From Octopus sinensis (taxonomy: Eukaryota), in NCBI RefSeq assembly GCF_006345805.1, contig NC_043012.1, positions 26,412,001 through 26,476,000 of the forward strand: a stretch of 64,000 nt of DNA, given 5' to 3'. This document shows, piece by piece, positions 12,301-25,005 of the stretch. The position numbers and the translations under genes are program-made. The notes under the pieces were generated by a model. It saw only the letters and a list, made by a program, of their open reading frames with translations, searched no databases and was not told the DNA's origin. Position 1 is the first letter of the stretch. The number at the start of each line of letters is the position of its first letter.

Positions 12301-13608
12301 TTCTTTCTGCTGGAAGCACAAGGCATCAAATTTGAGGGAAGGAATTAAGTACATTACATCGACCCCAGTGAGTAACTGGTACTTGTTTAATCGATCCCGA
12401 AAGGATGAAATATGAAGTTGACCTCAGGGGAATTTGAACTCAGAACGTAACGGCAGACGAAATACCGCTCAGCATTTCGCCCGGCGAGCTAACGATTCTG
12501 CCAGCTCTACACCTTATAATAATAATTATAATGATAATCTTTTCTACAATAGGCACAGGGCCTGATATTTTGAGGAAGGGGGTTAAGTCGACTACATCGA
12601 CCCCAGTGCTCAGCTGCTATTCATTTTATTGACCCCAAAAGGATAGAAAGGAAAAGTTGACCTGGGAGGAATTTGAATTCGGAACGTAAAAACGGACGAA
12701 ATGTCGCTAAGCACTTCTGCTCATGTCCTTTCTCTAATGGGCATAAAGCCTGGAATTTTGTTTGTGAGGAGATGGGAGGTAGTCGATTACATCGACCCCA
12801 CTGATACTTTATTTCATCGACCCCGAAATAATAAAAAGTAAAGACGACTTCGGCGGCATTAGAACCTAAATGCCGCCGAGGTTAAGCCTGAAGAAATGTT
12901 GCTAAGCATTTCGTCCGGCGTTCTAACGATTCTTACAGCTTGCCCTCGTTATTATTTCTTTACTGCCCACAAAGGGCTAAACATAGAAGGGACAAACAAG
13001 GACAGACAAATGGATTAAGTCGATTATATCGACCCTAGTGCGTAACTGGTACTTAATTTATCGACCCCGAAAGGATGAAAGGCAAAGTCGACCTCGACGG
13101 AATTTGAACTCGGAACGTAGCGGCAGATGTAATACCGCTAAGCATTTCGCCCGGCGTGTTAACGATTCTGATTGCTCACCCACTTTATAATAACTTCAAA
13201 TATTGGTAGAGGGTCAGCGATTTTGGGTGAAGTGAGGGTGGGGTGGTACAAGCTGATTACATCGATCCCCAGCATTCAACTGGCACTTAGCAACCTCGAA
13301 AGGATGAAAGGCAAACTTGATCTCGGTGGAACTCGAACTCTGAGGAACTGCCGTTAATAATTTTTCATGACAGTTCACCTTATAATAATCCTTTCTGCGG
13401 TAGGCGCAAGACCTAAAATTTTCGAGGAAGTTGCTAATCGACTGCATCGACACCAGTGCACAACTGGTACTTATTGTATCGAACTCTGAAAGCATAAAAG
13501 GCCAAGTTGACCTCAGCGGCATTTGAACACAAAAATCTAGAGAGACAGACGTAAATACGGCAAGGTATTTCTTCCGACAATCTAACAATTCTAGTCGTTC
13601 GCCATTTT
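12301..13608 (-). mobile_element. Head-to-tail stack of about six SINE family 2 copies
   Basis: The GTCGATTACATCGACCCCAG..GGTAC..GACCCCGAAAGGATGAAAG..GGAATTTGAACTC block recurs near 12350, 12590, 12785, 13020, 13255 and 13440. Confidence 0.85.
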
Positions 13609-13914
13609 TATCTTTGATTTATAATGAAAGACAAGTTCGGATAAAGACGCAAAAAGCGGTCCATGGCTAAAAAAGAGTAAGCAGACAAAAAAAACCCCGA
13701 AGCACAGCAATAAAAACAAAATATAAAATATAATTTATAAAACATTTGTAAAGCTGGTTCATAGGATGTACAATCAATTAGTTATTTGATTTAATTGGTA
13801 ATTAAAATGATAAGATTATAATCAACAAATTCAACGTTTTATTTGGTAATTAAATTAAAATTTAAGAAAGAATGGTAGCGAGGCCACAATCTATTAAAAG
13901 TTTGTCTCCGTGTT

Positions 13915-13926
13915 GTGGTTATTGTT

Positions 13927-13977
<51 letters not shown>

Positions 13978-14087
13978 CTTCTTCTTCTTCTTCTTCTTCT
14001 TCTTCTTCTTCTTCTTCTTCTTCTTCTTCTCTTCTTCTTCTTCTTCTCTTCTTATTGTTATTTTTATTTTTATTATTATTATTATTA

Positions 14088-14118
<31 letters not shown>

Positions 14119-14129
14119 TATTATTATTA

Positions 14130-14166
<37 letters not shown>

Positions 14167-14195
14167 GTTGGTGTTGTTGTTGTTGTTGTTGTGAT
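13915..14195. repeat. Compound (TTG)n-(TTC)n-(TTA)n-(TTG)n microsatellite
   Basis: Direct reading. Confidence 0.95.
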
Positions 14196-14204
14196 TATCG
14201 TCAT

Positions 14205-14422
14205 TAAGGCGGCGAGCTGGTAGAATCGTTAGCCGTCAGACAAAATGCTTAGCAGTATTTCGTTTGTCATTACGTTCAGAGTTCAAATTCCACCGAGATC
14301 GATTTTTGCTTTTCATTCTTTCCGAGGTCGATAAAATGAGTACCAGTTGATGACTGGGTTCGATGTAATCGACTAGCACCCCCCGCCCGCAAATTTCTGG
14401 TCTTGTGCCAAATTGTGAAACT
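14205..14422 (+). mobile_element. SINE family 2
   Basis: TAAGGCGGCGAGCTGGTAGAATCG head, GAGTTCAAATTCC B-box; lies in (TTA)n context. Confidence 0.9.
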
Positions 14423-14485
14423 ATTATCATTATTATTATTTTTGTTGTTGTTATTGTTTGGCTTAGGAGCGAGTCACTCTATGAT

Positions 14486-14636
14486 CAGTTTCCGTCTACC
14501 AAATCCACTCACAAGACTTTGGTCGGCCCGAGGCTATAGTAGAAGAAACTTGCCCAAGGTGCCACGCTGTGAGACTGAACCCAGAACCATGTGGTTGGTA
14601 AGCAAGCTACGTACCACACAGCCACTCCAACGCCTA
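14486..14636 (-). mobile_element. SINE family 1 head
   Basis: CAGTTTCCGTCTACCAAATCCACTCACAAG..CCACACAGCCACTCC..CGCCTA. Confidence 0.9.
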
Positions 14637-14647
14637 TAATAATAATA

Positions 14648-14686
<39 letters not shown>

Positions 14687-14754
14687 TGATGATGATAATA
14701 ATAATAATAATAATAGTAATAATGATAATAATAATAATGATAATAATGATAATA

Positions 14755-14794
<40 letters not shown>

Positions 14795-14814
14795 TGATGA
14801 TGATGATGATGATG

Positions 14815-14869
<55 letters not shown>

Positions 14870-14877
14870 TAATGATA

Positions 14878-16420
14878 ATCTAAAACTTTTCACTGAAAGC
14901 GCCACGGAACAGAGAAATTTTATCAAAATTGTCCAGAGTCTTAGCAAAGACATCGGAATCAGCATGGGGCTGGACAAATGTGTCGAAGTCACACTGAGAG
15001 GAGGCAAATTAATCAGAACTGAAAACACGGCACTCGACATAGATACAGGAATGAGAGTATTAAACTAGAACCGCCCATAGAAATATCTAGGAATAGAAGA
15101 AACAGCTAAAATACAACACACAGAAATGAAAGAGAAAATTAGGAGAGCGTATTACGGAAGAGTTAAGACTAATATTAAGCATTGAACTTAATGCTAAAAA
15201 TAAGATAGTAGTGATAAGCACGCTAGCCATACCAGTCATAAATTGCAGCTTTAACATAATAAACTGGAAGACCAGTGAACTGAGAAGCCTAGACAGAAAA
15301 ACCAGAAAATTACTAAGAGCATACCGAAGTCATCGTCCCAGAGCAGACGCAGAGAGAATATATCTACCCCGCTCAGAAGGAGCCCGTAGTCTAATACAGA
15401 TAGAGAACTACTATAAAATACCAACAGTTGGACTAGGAAAGTACTTAGAAACAAATAGTGGAAGACAACTGCATGTAGTAAAGCAACACAAGAAAAAGAA
15501 AATGCTTATCTCTATACACAAGAAGGCGACAAAATATAAAGCAGCCAAACTATACTGACATACTGACCTCAGATGACAACATCACAGAAATGACCCAAGA
15601 AACAAAACAAAACAAAAACATGAAAACAGAATTGTAAGAGATACAGAAGAAAAAAATGGAGAGAAAAATCACTCCATGGCCAATACCTTGCAAGGCTTGA
15701 CAGAAAAGAAGTGATTCAAAGTAAGAGTTAACTATAGCTCAAAAGCTCTGGACTAAAAGCTGAAACGGAAGGACTGATTCTCGATGCACAAGACCAATGC
15801 CTTGCTACAAACAATTATAAAAACATAATAATGAAAACAGGCCCCAACAGCAAATGCAGAATGTGCAACCAGCACAATGAAACGGTTGACCACATCATCT
15901 CGGGCTGTCCAGTCCTTGCCAAGTCTGAATATGTATACAGACACGACAAAGTAAGCAGTTATACCCACTGGACAGTATGCCAACATTACAACATTAAACT
16001 GACAATAGGTGGTATAAGCAAGTACCAAACAAGGTACAAGACTACGACCAGGCCACAATAATCTAGAATATTCCGGTTCAAACCGACAAACAAATAAAAG
16101 CTAATCGTCCAGTCATAATAGTGAAGGATTGGGGAAAAAACATCTGCTTACTGATAAATATTGCAGGCCATTCTGATCAAAATATTGTCCAAAAGAAGTG
16201 GAGAAATTGTCAAAGTACAAAGACCACAAAGCTGAAGTATTCAAGAAGTGGGGTATGAAGGTAAAAACAATTCCAGTAATAATTGGAGGATTGGGTATGA
16301 TAAAAACATATGAACGAAAACGTAGAAGCTATGCCTGTATTCTCAACACTACACTCTGTCCGAAAATAGCCCTAGTAGGAACAGCCCACATCTTAGGCAT
16401 GGCACTATCAATTCAGTAAT
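14878..16420 (+). mobile_element. R4/Dong-type LINE, 5'-truncated and decayed
   Basis: LKLF..DIGISMGLDKC, RKTRKLL..HRPRADAERIYLPRSEG, CRMCNQHNETVDHIISGCPVLAK..RHD, EKLSKYKD..IPVIIGGLG..GTAHILGMALSIQ*; preceded by (AAT)n. Confidence 0.9.
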
Positions 16421-16739
16421 ACAACTTGGACAAAACAACCCACAAACACAAAACACACTCTATGCAACAATTACCCAGTGAAATAAACTCCCACCAGCAA
16501 GCCAATTAAACAACGCATTACATTCTCAGCACACACTTCAAGCAGCAACACAACAAAAGACTACGCCGCACCCCAAGAGAGAAAAGGCTAACATAATGCA
16601 ATACCAAGAAGAATTTGCACACTCCCAACAGCAGAAAAGAAAGCCTAATGCTGCACACACACCAGCAATACGGAGGTGTAGCAGGTGATGTAGTAGAAAT
16701 AAGCCTCAAGCTATCAAATGTTGGGCAATTATCCCAAGA

Positions 16740-17100
16740 AAGGAATACGAATAGTGTTCTCACCATAATGATCTGCAAATTAAAATCACAAAAATATGGC
16801 AGCTTAATACTACAATAATACCAGTAGTAATTGGTGCGTTGGGAATGATAAAAAAGGGAGCTGAGAATTATATTAAGCAACTCCCTGGTAATTCCAATCT
16901 CCGTGAACTACAAAAGATAACCTTAATGGATACAGCCCATATACTACGGAAAGCTTTCTCCATTTAAAAGGGAATAAATGTGGTGATAATCTTAGCACGC
17001 ATATCAAAACAAAAGTGCCTTTGCTACTCTTGGCCTCCGGAGGATGCCCGGTACTAAGGCAGCTGAAATAAAGTTATAATGAAAGGAAACCATAATTAAT
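16740..17100 (+). mobile_element. R4/Dong-type LINE 3' fragment
   Basis: TIPVVIGALGMIKKGAENYIKQLPGNSNLRELQKITLMDTAHILRKAFSI* plus 3' UTR. Confidence 0.8.
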
Positions 17101-17105
17101 AATAT

Positions 17106-17326
17106 TCTTTAATTCTTTTACTTGTTTCAGTCATTTGACTGCGGCCATACTGGAGCACCGCCTTTTGTCGAGCAAATCGACCCCAGGACTTATTCTTTGT
17201 AAGCTTAGTACTTATTCTATCGGTCTCTTTTTCCGAACCGCTAAGTTACAGAGACGTAAACACACCAGCATCGGTTGTCAAGCGATGTTGAGGGGACAAA
17301 CACAGACATACAAACATATACACACA

Positions 17327-17387
<61 letters not shown>

Positions 17388-17388
17388 G

Positions 17389-17457
<69 letters not shown>

Positions 17458-17622
17458 TACGACGGGTTTCTTTCAGTTCCGTCTACCAAATCCACTCACA
17501 AGGCTTTGGTCGGCCCAAGGCTATAGAAGAAGACACTTGCCAAGGTGCCACGCAGTGGGAATGAACCCGGAACCATGTAGTTGGTAAGCAAGCTACTTAC
17601 CACACAGCCACTCCTGCGCCTA
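17106..17622 (-). mobile_element. SINE family 1, complete composite copy
   Basis: tRNA-like head at the 17622 end, internal (CA)n(TA)n, conserved 3' module ending GACTGAAACAAGTAAAAGAA. Confidence 0.92.
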
Positions 17623-17636
17623 TAATAATAATAATA

Positions 17637-17676
<40 letters not shown>

Positions 17677-17679
17677 TAA

Positions 17680-17868
17680 TGCCCGGTAGAGCTCCTACAG
17701 AAAGTTTATCTCTTAGAGACAGCAAGGACTATTAGGAAGGTTCTAAGCACTTGAAAGACTGCGGAAAATTTGTGGATGCCTAAGCTTACAGGTTGAAACC
17801 CGCTACCCACATAATTCATATCAGGAATTAGACTGAACCTGAGCCAAACCAAAATAGCAATAATAATG
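17680..17868 (+). mobile_element. Short R4/Dong-type 3' end
   Basis: PVELLQKVYLLETARTIRKVLST* resembles the clade C-terminus; (AAT)n on both sides. Confidence 0.65.
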
Positions 17869-18016
17869 ATAATAGTAATTCTAATTTCAAAATTTGGCAC
17901 AAAACCAACAATTTCAGGGAAGGAAATAAATCGATTACATCAACCCCAAAAGGATCAAAAGGTAAAGTCGACCTCGGTGGAACTCAGAAGATAAAGACGG
18001 ACGCATAATTATCATC

Positions 18017-18047
<31 letters not shown>

Positions 18048-18093
18048 CCACCACCACCACCACCACCACCACCACCACCACCATCAGCATCAG

Positions 18094-18129
<36 letters not shown>

Positions 18130-18146
18130 TATTATTATTATTATTA

Positions 18147-18219
<73 letters not shown>

Positions 18220-18248
18220 CATTATTATTATTATTATTGTTATTATTA

Positions 18249-18305
<57 letters not shown>

Positions 18306-18306
<1 letters not shown>

Positions 18307-18465
18307 TCTGTTCTAGGAACAAGTCCTTGAAAATTTTGGGTAAGGGGGCTAGTCGATTATATCGACCCCAGTGCGTAATTGGTACTTATTTCATCGACCC
18401 CGAAAGGATGAAAAGCAAAGTCAGCCTCGGCGGAATTTGAACTCAAAACATAAAGACGGACGCAT
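18306..18465 (-). mobile_element. SINE family 2, 5'-truncated
   Basis: Family block GTCGATTATATCGACCCCAGTGCGTAATTGGTAC..GGAATTTGAACTC. Confidence 0.85.
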
Positions 18466-18480
18466 AATAATGATGATGAC

Positions 18481-18573
<93 letters not shown>

Positions 18574-19160
18574 TCTGCTCAATACCACAGATTTGCTTGT
18601 CAGTTGTTTGACCTTAACCAGTTGAGCATGTCCCTTAGTGGCTGATGATATGTGCATCTCTGTTCACGAGCATAAGTAGTGGGGGAGCATCATAGCCATG
18701 TGTTGAGAGGGATTCTTTGGGGTTTGAATAATTCACCTCTGGAAACATGGGTGGTTCTTTCAACATCCTTAAACAACCCTTATTCAGGGACCTTTTGAGC
18801 AGGATGGGCTACTCAACCTGAAGAAATTTCTAACTGGGCCCCACCTGCAAGGTCATGTGCTGTTTATCTTGATATGAGTTCACCATGTCGCGCACATATG
18901 GTTGTGATGCATGTGCCTGGTGTACCCTTATCAGGCGGGTAGTCATGATGGGTATATTGGGCTTCGTATATTTTACCCCAGTTTCAATTTGATGGCATGA
19001 TCTACTCTCTCACTCAATAATAATAATAATCATGATAATGATAATGATAATAATAATGTGCCTGGTGTACCTTTATCAGACGGGTAGTCATGATGGGTAT
19101 ATTGGGCTTCGTATATTTTACCCCAGTGTCACTTTGATGGCATGCACTGCTCTCTCACTC
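18574..19160 (+). mobile_element. Non-coding interspersed repeat 'family X' with duplicated 3' end
   Basis: The same sequence occurs at 20313-20900 and partially at 31170-31330; ends CTCTCTCACTC+(AAT)n, and the last ~105 nt are repeated at 19057-19160. Confidence 0.75.
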
Positions 19161-19164
19161 AATA

Positions 19165-19195
<31 letters not shown>

Positions 19196-19196
19196 C

Positions 19197-19228
<32 letters not shown>

Positions 19229-19252
19229 CATAATAATAATAATGATAATAAT

Positions 19253-19500
19253 AAAACTACCAAGTTTGAGAAACCTGCCAGGGAAATAGGAATTGGCACA
19301 AGAGCAGGGAAAACTCTAAAAACTGCTCTACTGGGGACAGCTAGGGCTTTGAGATGGGTACTTGGATGTTGAATGTCTTTCACAATAATTAACAACCAAG
19401 TATCAAAGCTTATAATGTGCAGAAAGAGACTGTTGTCCACTCTCACAGAATCTATCAGAGCAAACAAAACCGAGCGCTTTAAGAAGTAAAACAGCAACAG
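19253..19500 (+). mobile_element. R4/Dong-type 3' end (duplicated at ~20990-21240)
   Basis: KTALLGTARALRWVLGC* C-terminal motif, preceded by (AAT)n. Confidence 0.65.
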
Positions 19501-19582
19501 CAGCAACAACAACAATAATAACGATAATAACAACAATGATGATGATGATGATGATAAGAAGAAGAACAACATAATAATGGTT

Positions 19583-19800
19583 TCAATTTTGCCGCAAGGG
19601 CAGCAATTTTGGGGGCGGAGATGAGTCGATTAGATGGACCCCAGTGTTTTACTGGTACTTATTTATCGACCACGAACTGATAAAAGGCAAAGTCAACTTC
19701 GGTGGAATTTGAACTCAAAATGTAGCGACAGGCGAAACGCCACTAAGCATTTTGCCAGGCGCACTAACGATTCTGCCAGTTCACGGCCTTATAATAAAAG

Positions 19801-19840
<40 letters not shown>

Positions 19841-20076
19841 TAATAATAACAATAATAATAATAATAATTCCAAATTTTTGCACAAGGGCAGCTTGGAGGA
19901 GGAGATTAAGTCGATTACATCGCCCCCTGTACGCAACTGGTACTTATTTATCGACCTCAAAAGGATGAAAGGCAAAGTCGACCTGGGTGGAATTTGAACT
20001 CAGAACGTAGCGACAGGCGAAACGTCGCTAAACATTTTGCCAGGCGCGCTAACGATTCTGCCAGCCCACAGCCTTA
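19583..20076 (-). mobile_element. Two SINE family 2 copies (duplicated at ~21320-21820)
   Basis: Family consensus occurs twice, separated by (AAT)n. Confidence 0.85.
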
Positions 20077-20096
20077 TACTACAGCTGCTGCTGCTG

Positions 20097-20153
<57 letters not shown>

Positions 20154-20933
20154 ATAATAATAATAATATAATAATAATAATAATGATGATGATGATAATA
20201 TAATAATAATAATAAATAATAATAATAATATAATAATAAATAATAATATAACAATAATAATAATAATAATAAAATAATAATAATAATAATAATATAATAA
20301 TAATAATAATAATTCTGCACAATACCACAGATTTGCTTGTCAGTTGTTTGACCTTAACCAGTTGAGCATGTCCCTTAGTGGCTGATGATATGTGCATCTC
20401 TGTTCACGAGCATAAGTAGTGGGGGAGCATCATAGCCATGTGTTGAGAGGGATTCTTTGGGGTTTGAATAATTCACCTCTGGAAACATGGGTGGTTCTTT
20501 CAACATCCTTAAACAACCCTTATTCAGGGACCTTTTGAGCAGGATGGGCTACTCAACCTGAAGAAATTTCTAACTGGGCCCCACCTGCAAGGTCATGTGC
20601 TGTTATCTTGATATGAGTTCACCATGTCGCGCACATATGGTTGTGATGCATGTGCCTGGTGTACCCTTATCAGGCGGGTAGTCATGATGGGTATATTGGG
20701 CTTCGTATATTTTACCCCAGTTTCAATTTGATGGCATGATCTACTCTCTCACTCAATAATAATAATAATCATGATAATGATAATGATAATAATAATGTGC
20801 CTGGTGTACCTTTATCAGACGGGTAGTCATGATGGGTATATTGGGCTTCGTATATTTTACCCCAGTGTCACTTGATGGCATGCACTGCTCTCTCACTCAA
20901 TAATAATAATAAAATAATAATATAATAATAATA

Positions 20934-20964
<31 letters not shown>

Positions 20965-21539
20965 CATAATAATAATAATGATAATAATAAAACTACCAAG
21001 TTTGAGAAACCTGCCAGGGAAATAGGAATTGGCACAAGAGCAGGGAAAACTCTAAAAACTGCTCTACTGGGGACAGCTAGGGCTTTGAGATGGGTACTTG
21101 GATGTTGAATGTCTTTCACAATAATTAACAACCAAGTATCAAAGCTTATAATGTGCAGAAAGAGACTGTTGTCCACTCTCACAGAATCTATCAGAGCAAA
21201 CAAAACCGAGCGCTTTAAGAAGTAAAACAGCAACAGCAGCAACAACAACAATAATAACGATAATAACAACAATGATGATGATGATGATGATAAGAAGAAG
21301 AACAACAATAATAATGGTTTCAAATTTTGCCGCAAGGGCAGCAATTTTGGGGGCGGAGATGAGTCGATTAGATGGACCCCAGTGTTTTACTGGTACTTAA
21401 TTTATCGACCACGAACTGATAAAAGGCAAAGTCAACTTCGGTGGAATTTGAACTCAAAATGTAGCGACAGGCGAAACGCCACTAAGCATTTTGCCAGGCG
21501 CACTAACGATTCTGCCAGTTCACGGCCTTATAATAAAAG

Positions 21540-21595
<56 letters not shown>

Positions 21596-21841
21596 TAATA
21601 ATAATAATAATTCCAAATTTTTGCCACAAGGGCAGCTTGGAGGAGGAGATTAAGTCGATTACATCGCCCCCTGTACGCAACTGGTACTTAATTTATCGAC
21701 CTCAAAAGGATGAAAGGCAAAGTCGACCTGGGTGGAATTTGAACTCAGAACGTAGCGACAGGCGAAACGTCGCTAAACATTTTGCCAGGCGCGCTAACGA
21801 TTCTGCCAGCCCACAGCCTTATACTACAGCTGCTGCTGCTG

Positions 21842-21935
<94 letters not shown>

Positions 21936-21943
21936 TGATGATG

Positions 21944-21985
<42 letters not shown>

Positions 21986-22007
21986 TTAATAAAATAATAA
22001 TAATAAC

Positions 22008-22050
<43 letters not shown>

Positions 22051-22052
22051 TA

Positions 22053-22839
22053 ACAGTGACAATGAATCCCTAACAAAATGAAACCATTGATCATGTTGTC
22101 TCCAAATGCAGTCTTCTAGCGCCTACAGAGTACCTCAACAGGCATGATAGAGCTGCACAATATATTCACTGGGTAATTTGCAAAAACCTGGATTTGCCCC
22201 ATGAAAAAAAACTGGGGGAACACAATCCACCTCCAGTGCTTGAAAATGACCACATCTCACTCCTCTGGAACTTCATCATTCAAACTGACAGGAAGATAGA
22301 TGCAAATAGGCCACACATATTGAAAGACTTCAGACAAAGAACATGCCTCCTCATTGATATGACTGTCCCAATCGATATAAACGTATCTGTCAAGACCTAC
22401 CAAATACTGAGTAAATATAAAGATCTTGAAATAGAGATCAGCAAAATGTGGAAGCTGAAGACTAAAACAATACCTGTTGTCATAGGTGCCCTGGGAATGA
22501 TAGCGAAAGGGACTAATTGCTACCTAACTCAGATACCAGGAAACCCCAAAATGGCAGAAATTCAAAAGATAGTGCTCATGGGAACTGCTCATATCCTACG
22601 CAAAATACTCTCTATGTAATCCCAAGGTTTAAAACAAACTTTTTTTATTTTTTTATTTTATTTTATTTTTATTTTATTTTATTTTTTATTTTATTTTTAT
22701 GTATTAGACATTCACTAGTACAACACCAAAAAAAAAAAACCCAAATATATGGCACAGAACTTCCAACCTGTTGTCTCTTGAGGTCTCTGGGTGAGACTTG
22801 GAGCCAACTTGTACAGACATAAAGCAAAAGTCAAACATA

Positions 22840-22840
<1 letters not shown>
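22053..22840 (+). mobile_element. R4/Dong-type LINE 3' fragment (CCHC + RLE)
   Basis: NETIDHVVS..EYLNRHDRAAQYIHW..LLWNFIIQTDRKIDANRPH..IDMTVP..LSKYKDLEIEI..GTAHILRKILSM*; (AAT)n on both sides. Confidence 0.92.
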
Positions 22841-22888
<48 letters not shown>

Positions 22889-23132
22889 TTCTATATATAT
22901 AAACGGCAAAATTTCTGTGTGTGGCCTTTATACGAATCCACAATTTTTCCGTTAGAGGGCTCGCACTTTCTATGGTTATTCAAAACCGTCCAATGGTGGT
23001 CGTGCACATCTTTACATTTCCCTAGTCACCTCGCAAAGCCATTGAAAAATCAATAGAAGTGACTTTTTTGTGAATTTTCTATCCAAGACCCAATCAAAAT
23101 GCCCGAAACTTGATACGCCAATTGAAGAATCC

Positions 23133-23311
23133 TTTCTACTGGAGGCACAAGGCCTCAAATTTGAGGGAAAGGGACTAGTCGATTACATCGACCCCAGTGT
23201 TTTACTGGTACTTAATTTATCGACACCCGAAAGTTGAAAGGTAAAGTCGACCTCGGCGGAATTTGAACTCAAAACATAAAGACAGACGAAATACCGCTAA
23301 GTATTTTGCCC
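23133..23311 (-). mobile_element. SINE family 2
   Basis: Family consensus. Confidence 0.85.
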
Positions 23312-23349
23312 AATAATAATAATAGCAATAATAATAATAATATAATAAT

Positions 23350-23423
<74 letters not shown>

Positions 23424-23478
23424 CATAATAATAATAATAATAAAAATAAAAATATAATAATAATAATAATAATAAAGC

Positions 23479-23512
<34 letters not shown>

Positions 23513-23532
23513 TAATGATAATGATAATAATG

Positions 23533-23584
<52 letters not shown>

Positions 23585-23806
23585 TAAAAATAATAATAAA
23601 ATATAATAATAATAATAATAATAATAAAAATAAAAATAATAATAATAATAATATTAATAATAGCAATAATAATAATAATAATAATTATAATAATAATAAT
23701 GATAATGATAATAATGATAATAATAATAATAATAATAATCATAATAATAATATAATAATAATAATAATAATAAAAATAAAAATAATAATAATAATAATAT
23801 AATAGC

Positions 23807-23840
<34 letters not shown>

Positions 23841-23853
23841 GATAATGAAAATG

Positions 23854-23884
<31 letters not shown>

Positions 23885-23910
23885 GAAGAAGAAGAAGAAG
23901 AAGAAGAAAG
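23312..23910. repeat. (AAT)n-rich tract ending in (AAG)n
   Basis: Direct reading. Confidence 0.95.
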
Positions 23911-24602
23911 AATGAAAGATAGAAAAGAAAGAAAGTAAGAAGGAAAGAAAGAAAGGAAGAAAACGAAGAACAGCACATGGAGACGGAACAAATACAGTAA
24001 ATGAGATTACGAAGTCCAGACAACAGGGAAATACGCTTACTTTTTCTTTTTCATGACTGAAGTTCACGTTAGTTAAGCAAAGAACGAACGACAATCAAAT
24101 GAGCGTATATTGAGAAAAGCTTTCATCAGTGAAGCAAAGCAGTGACTAGAGCGAAATAAGCAGAATGCATTGAGAGAAAGTTGCATCAGTCAGTCAGGTA
24201 AATAAGAAAAATTGACAAATATTGGAGTCAGCTTAAGCAAGAAAATTTTGAAGAACTCGACCAAACAATAACCTCTTAATAATGTATAAAGAAGGACCTT
24301 CCTATTATACATGTTACCATATGCATATTAACATATACACACACATATATATTTATTAACACATACACTTTAACATTTAGATTTATGAATCGCGCGCATA
24401 TAGAAATATAAATACACAGAATCCATCCTTAGATGCTGAATACATAGATACGGTTAAACACATACACACGCATGTACCCCCGCCCCACCACAGGGAAACA
24501 TTCACACGCTCAGACAAACATGCCCACACATACACACATGTACAAACAAACTGACGAATTTACAGAAACTAAACCGAGTCTATAATACATACATACACAG
24601 AA

Positions 24603-24646
<44 letters not shown>

Positions 24647-24839
24647 CATATATATATATATATATATACTTATACACATACACACACACAAATACACACA
24701 TATATATGTATATATATGCATATATATATATACATACATATATACAAGCATGTATATACGCGCATAAATACACCTAATTATGCATAAATATTTACATATA
24801 TACGTATATTTTATTATGTAATATGTATGTATATATATC

Positions 24840-24870
<31 letters not shown>

Positions 24871-24964
24871 GATTATATATATATATATATAATTTATATA
24901 TATATAACGTATATGTTATATATATCTATATCTATATACGTATAAGTATATATATATATATGTA

Positions 24965-25005
<41 letters not shown>

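Larger units (their letters stand above)
18574..22050. repeat. Tandem duplication, unit about 1739 bp
   Basis: 18574-20312 is repeated from 20313; outside microsatellites I see seven single-base indels and one substitution. Confidence 0.93.

Noticed and set aside
12301-13608. CRISPR-like periodicity of SINE stacks and of the 33-bp minisatellite
   Set aside because: Eukaryotic context, no unique spacers, no cas genes
24105-24135. Minus-strand CTGATGA-A-AG..CT
   Set aside because: Only a 2-bp stem and no GAAA
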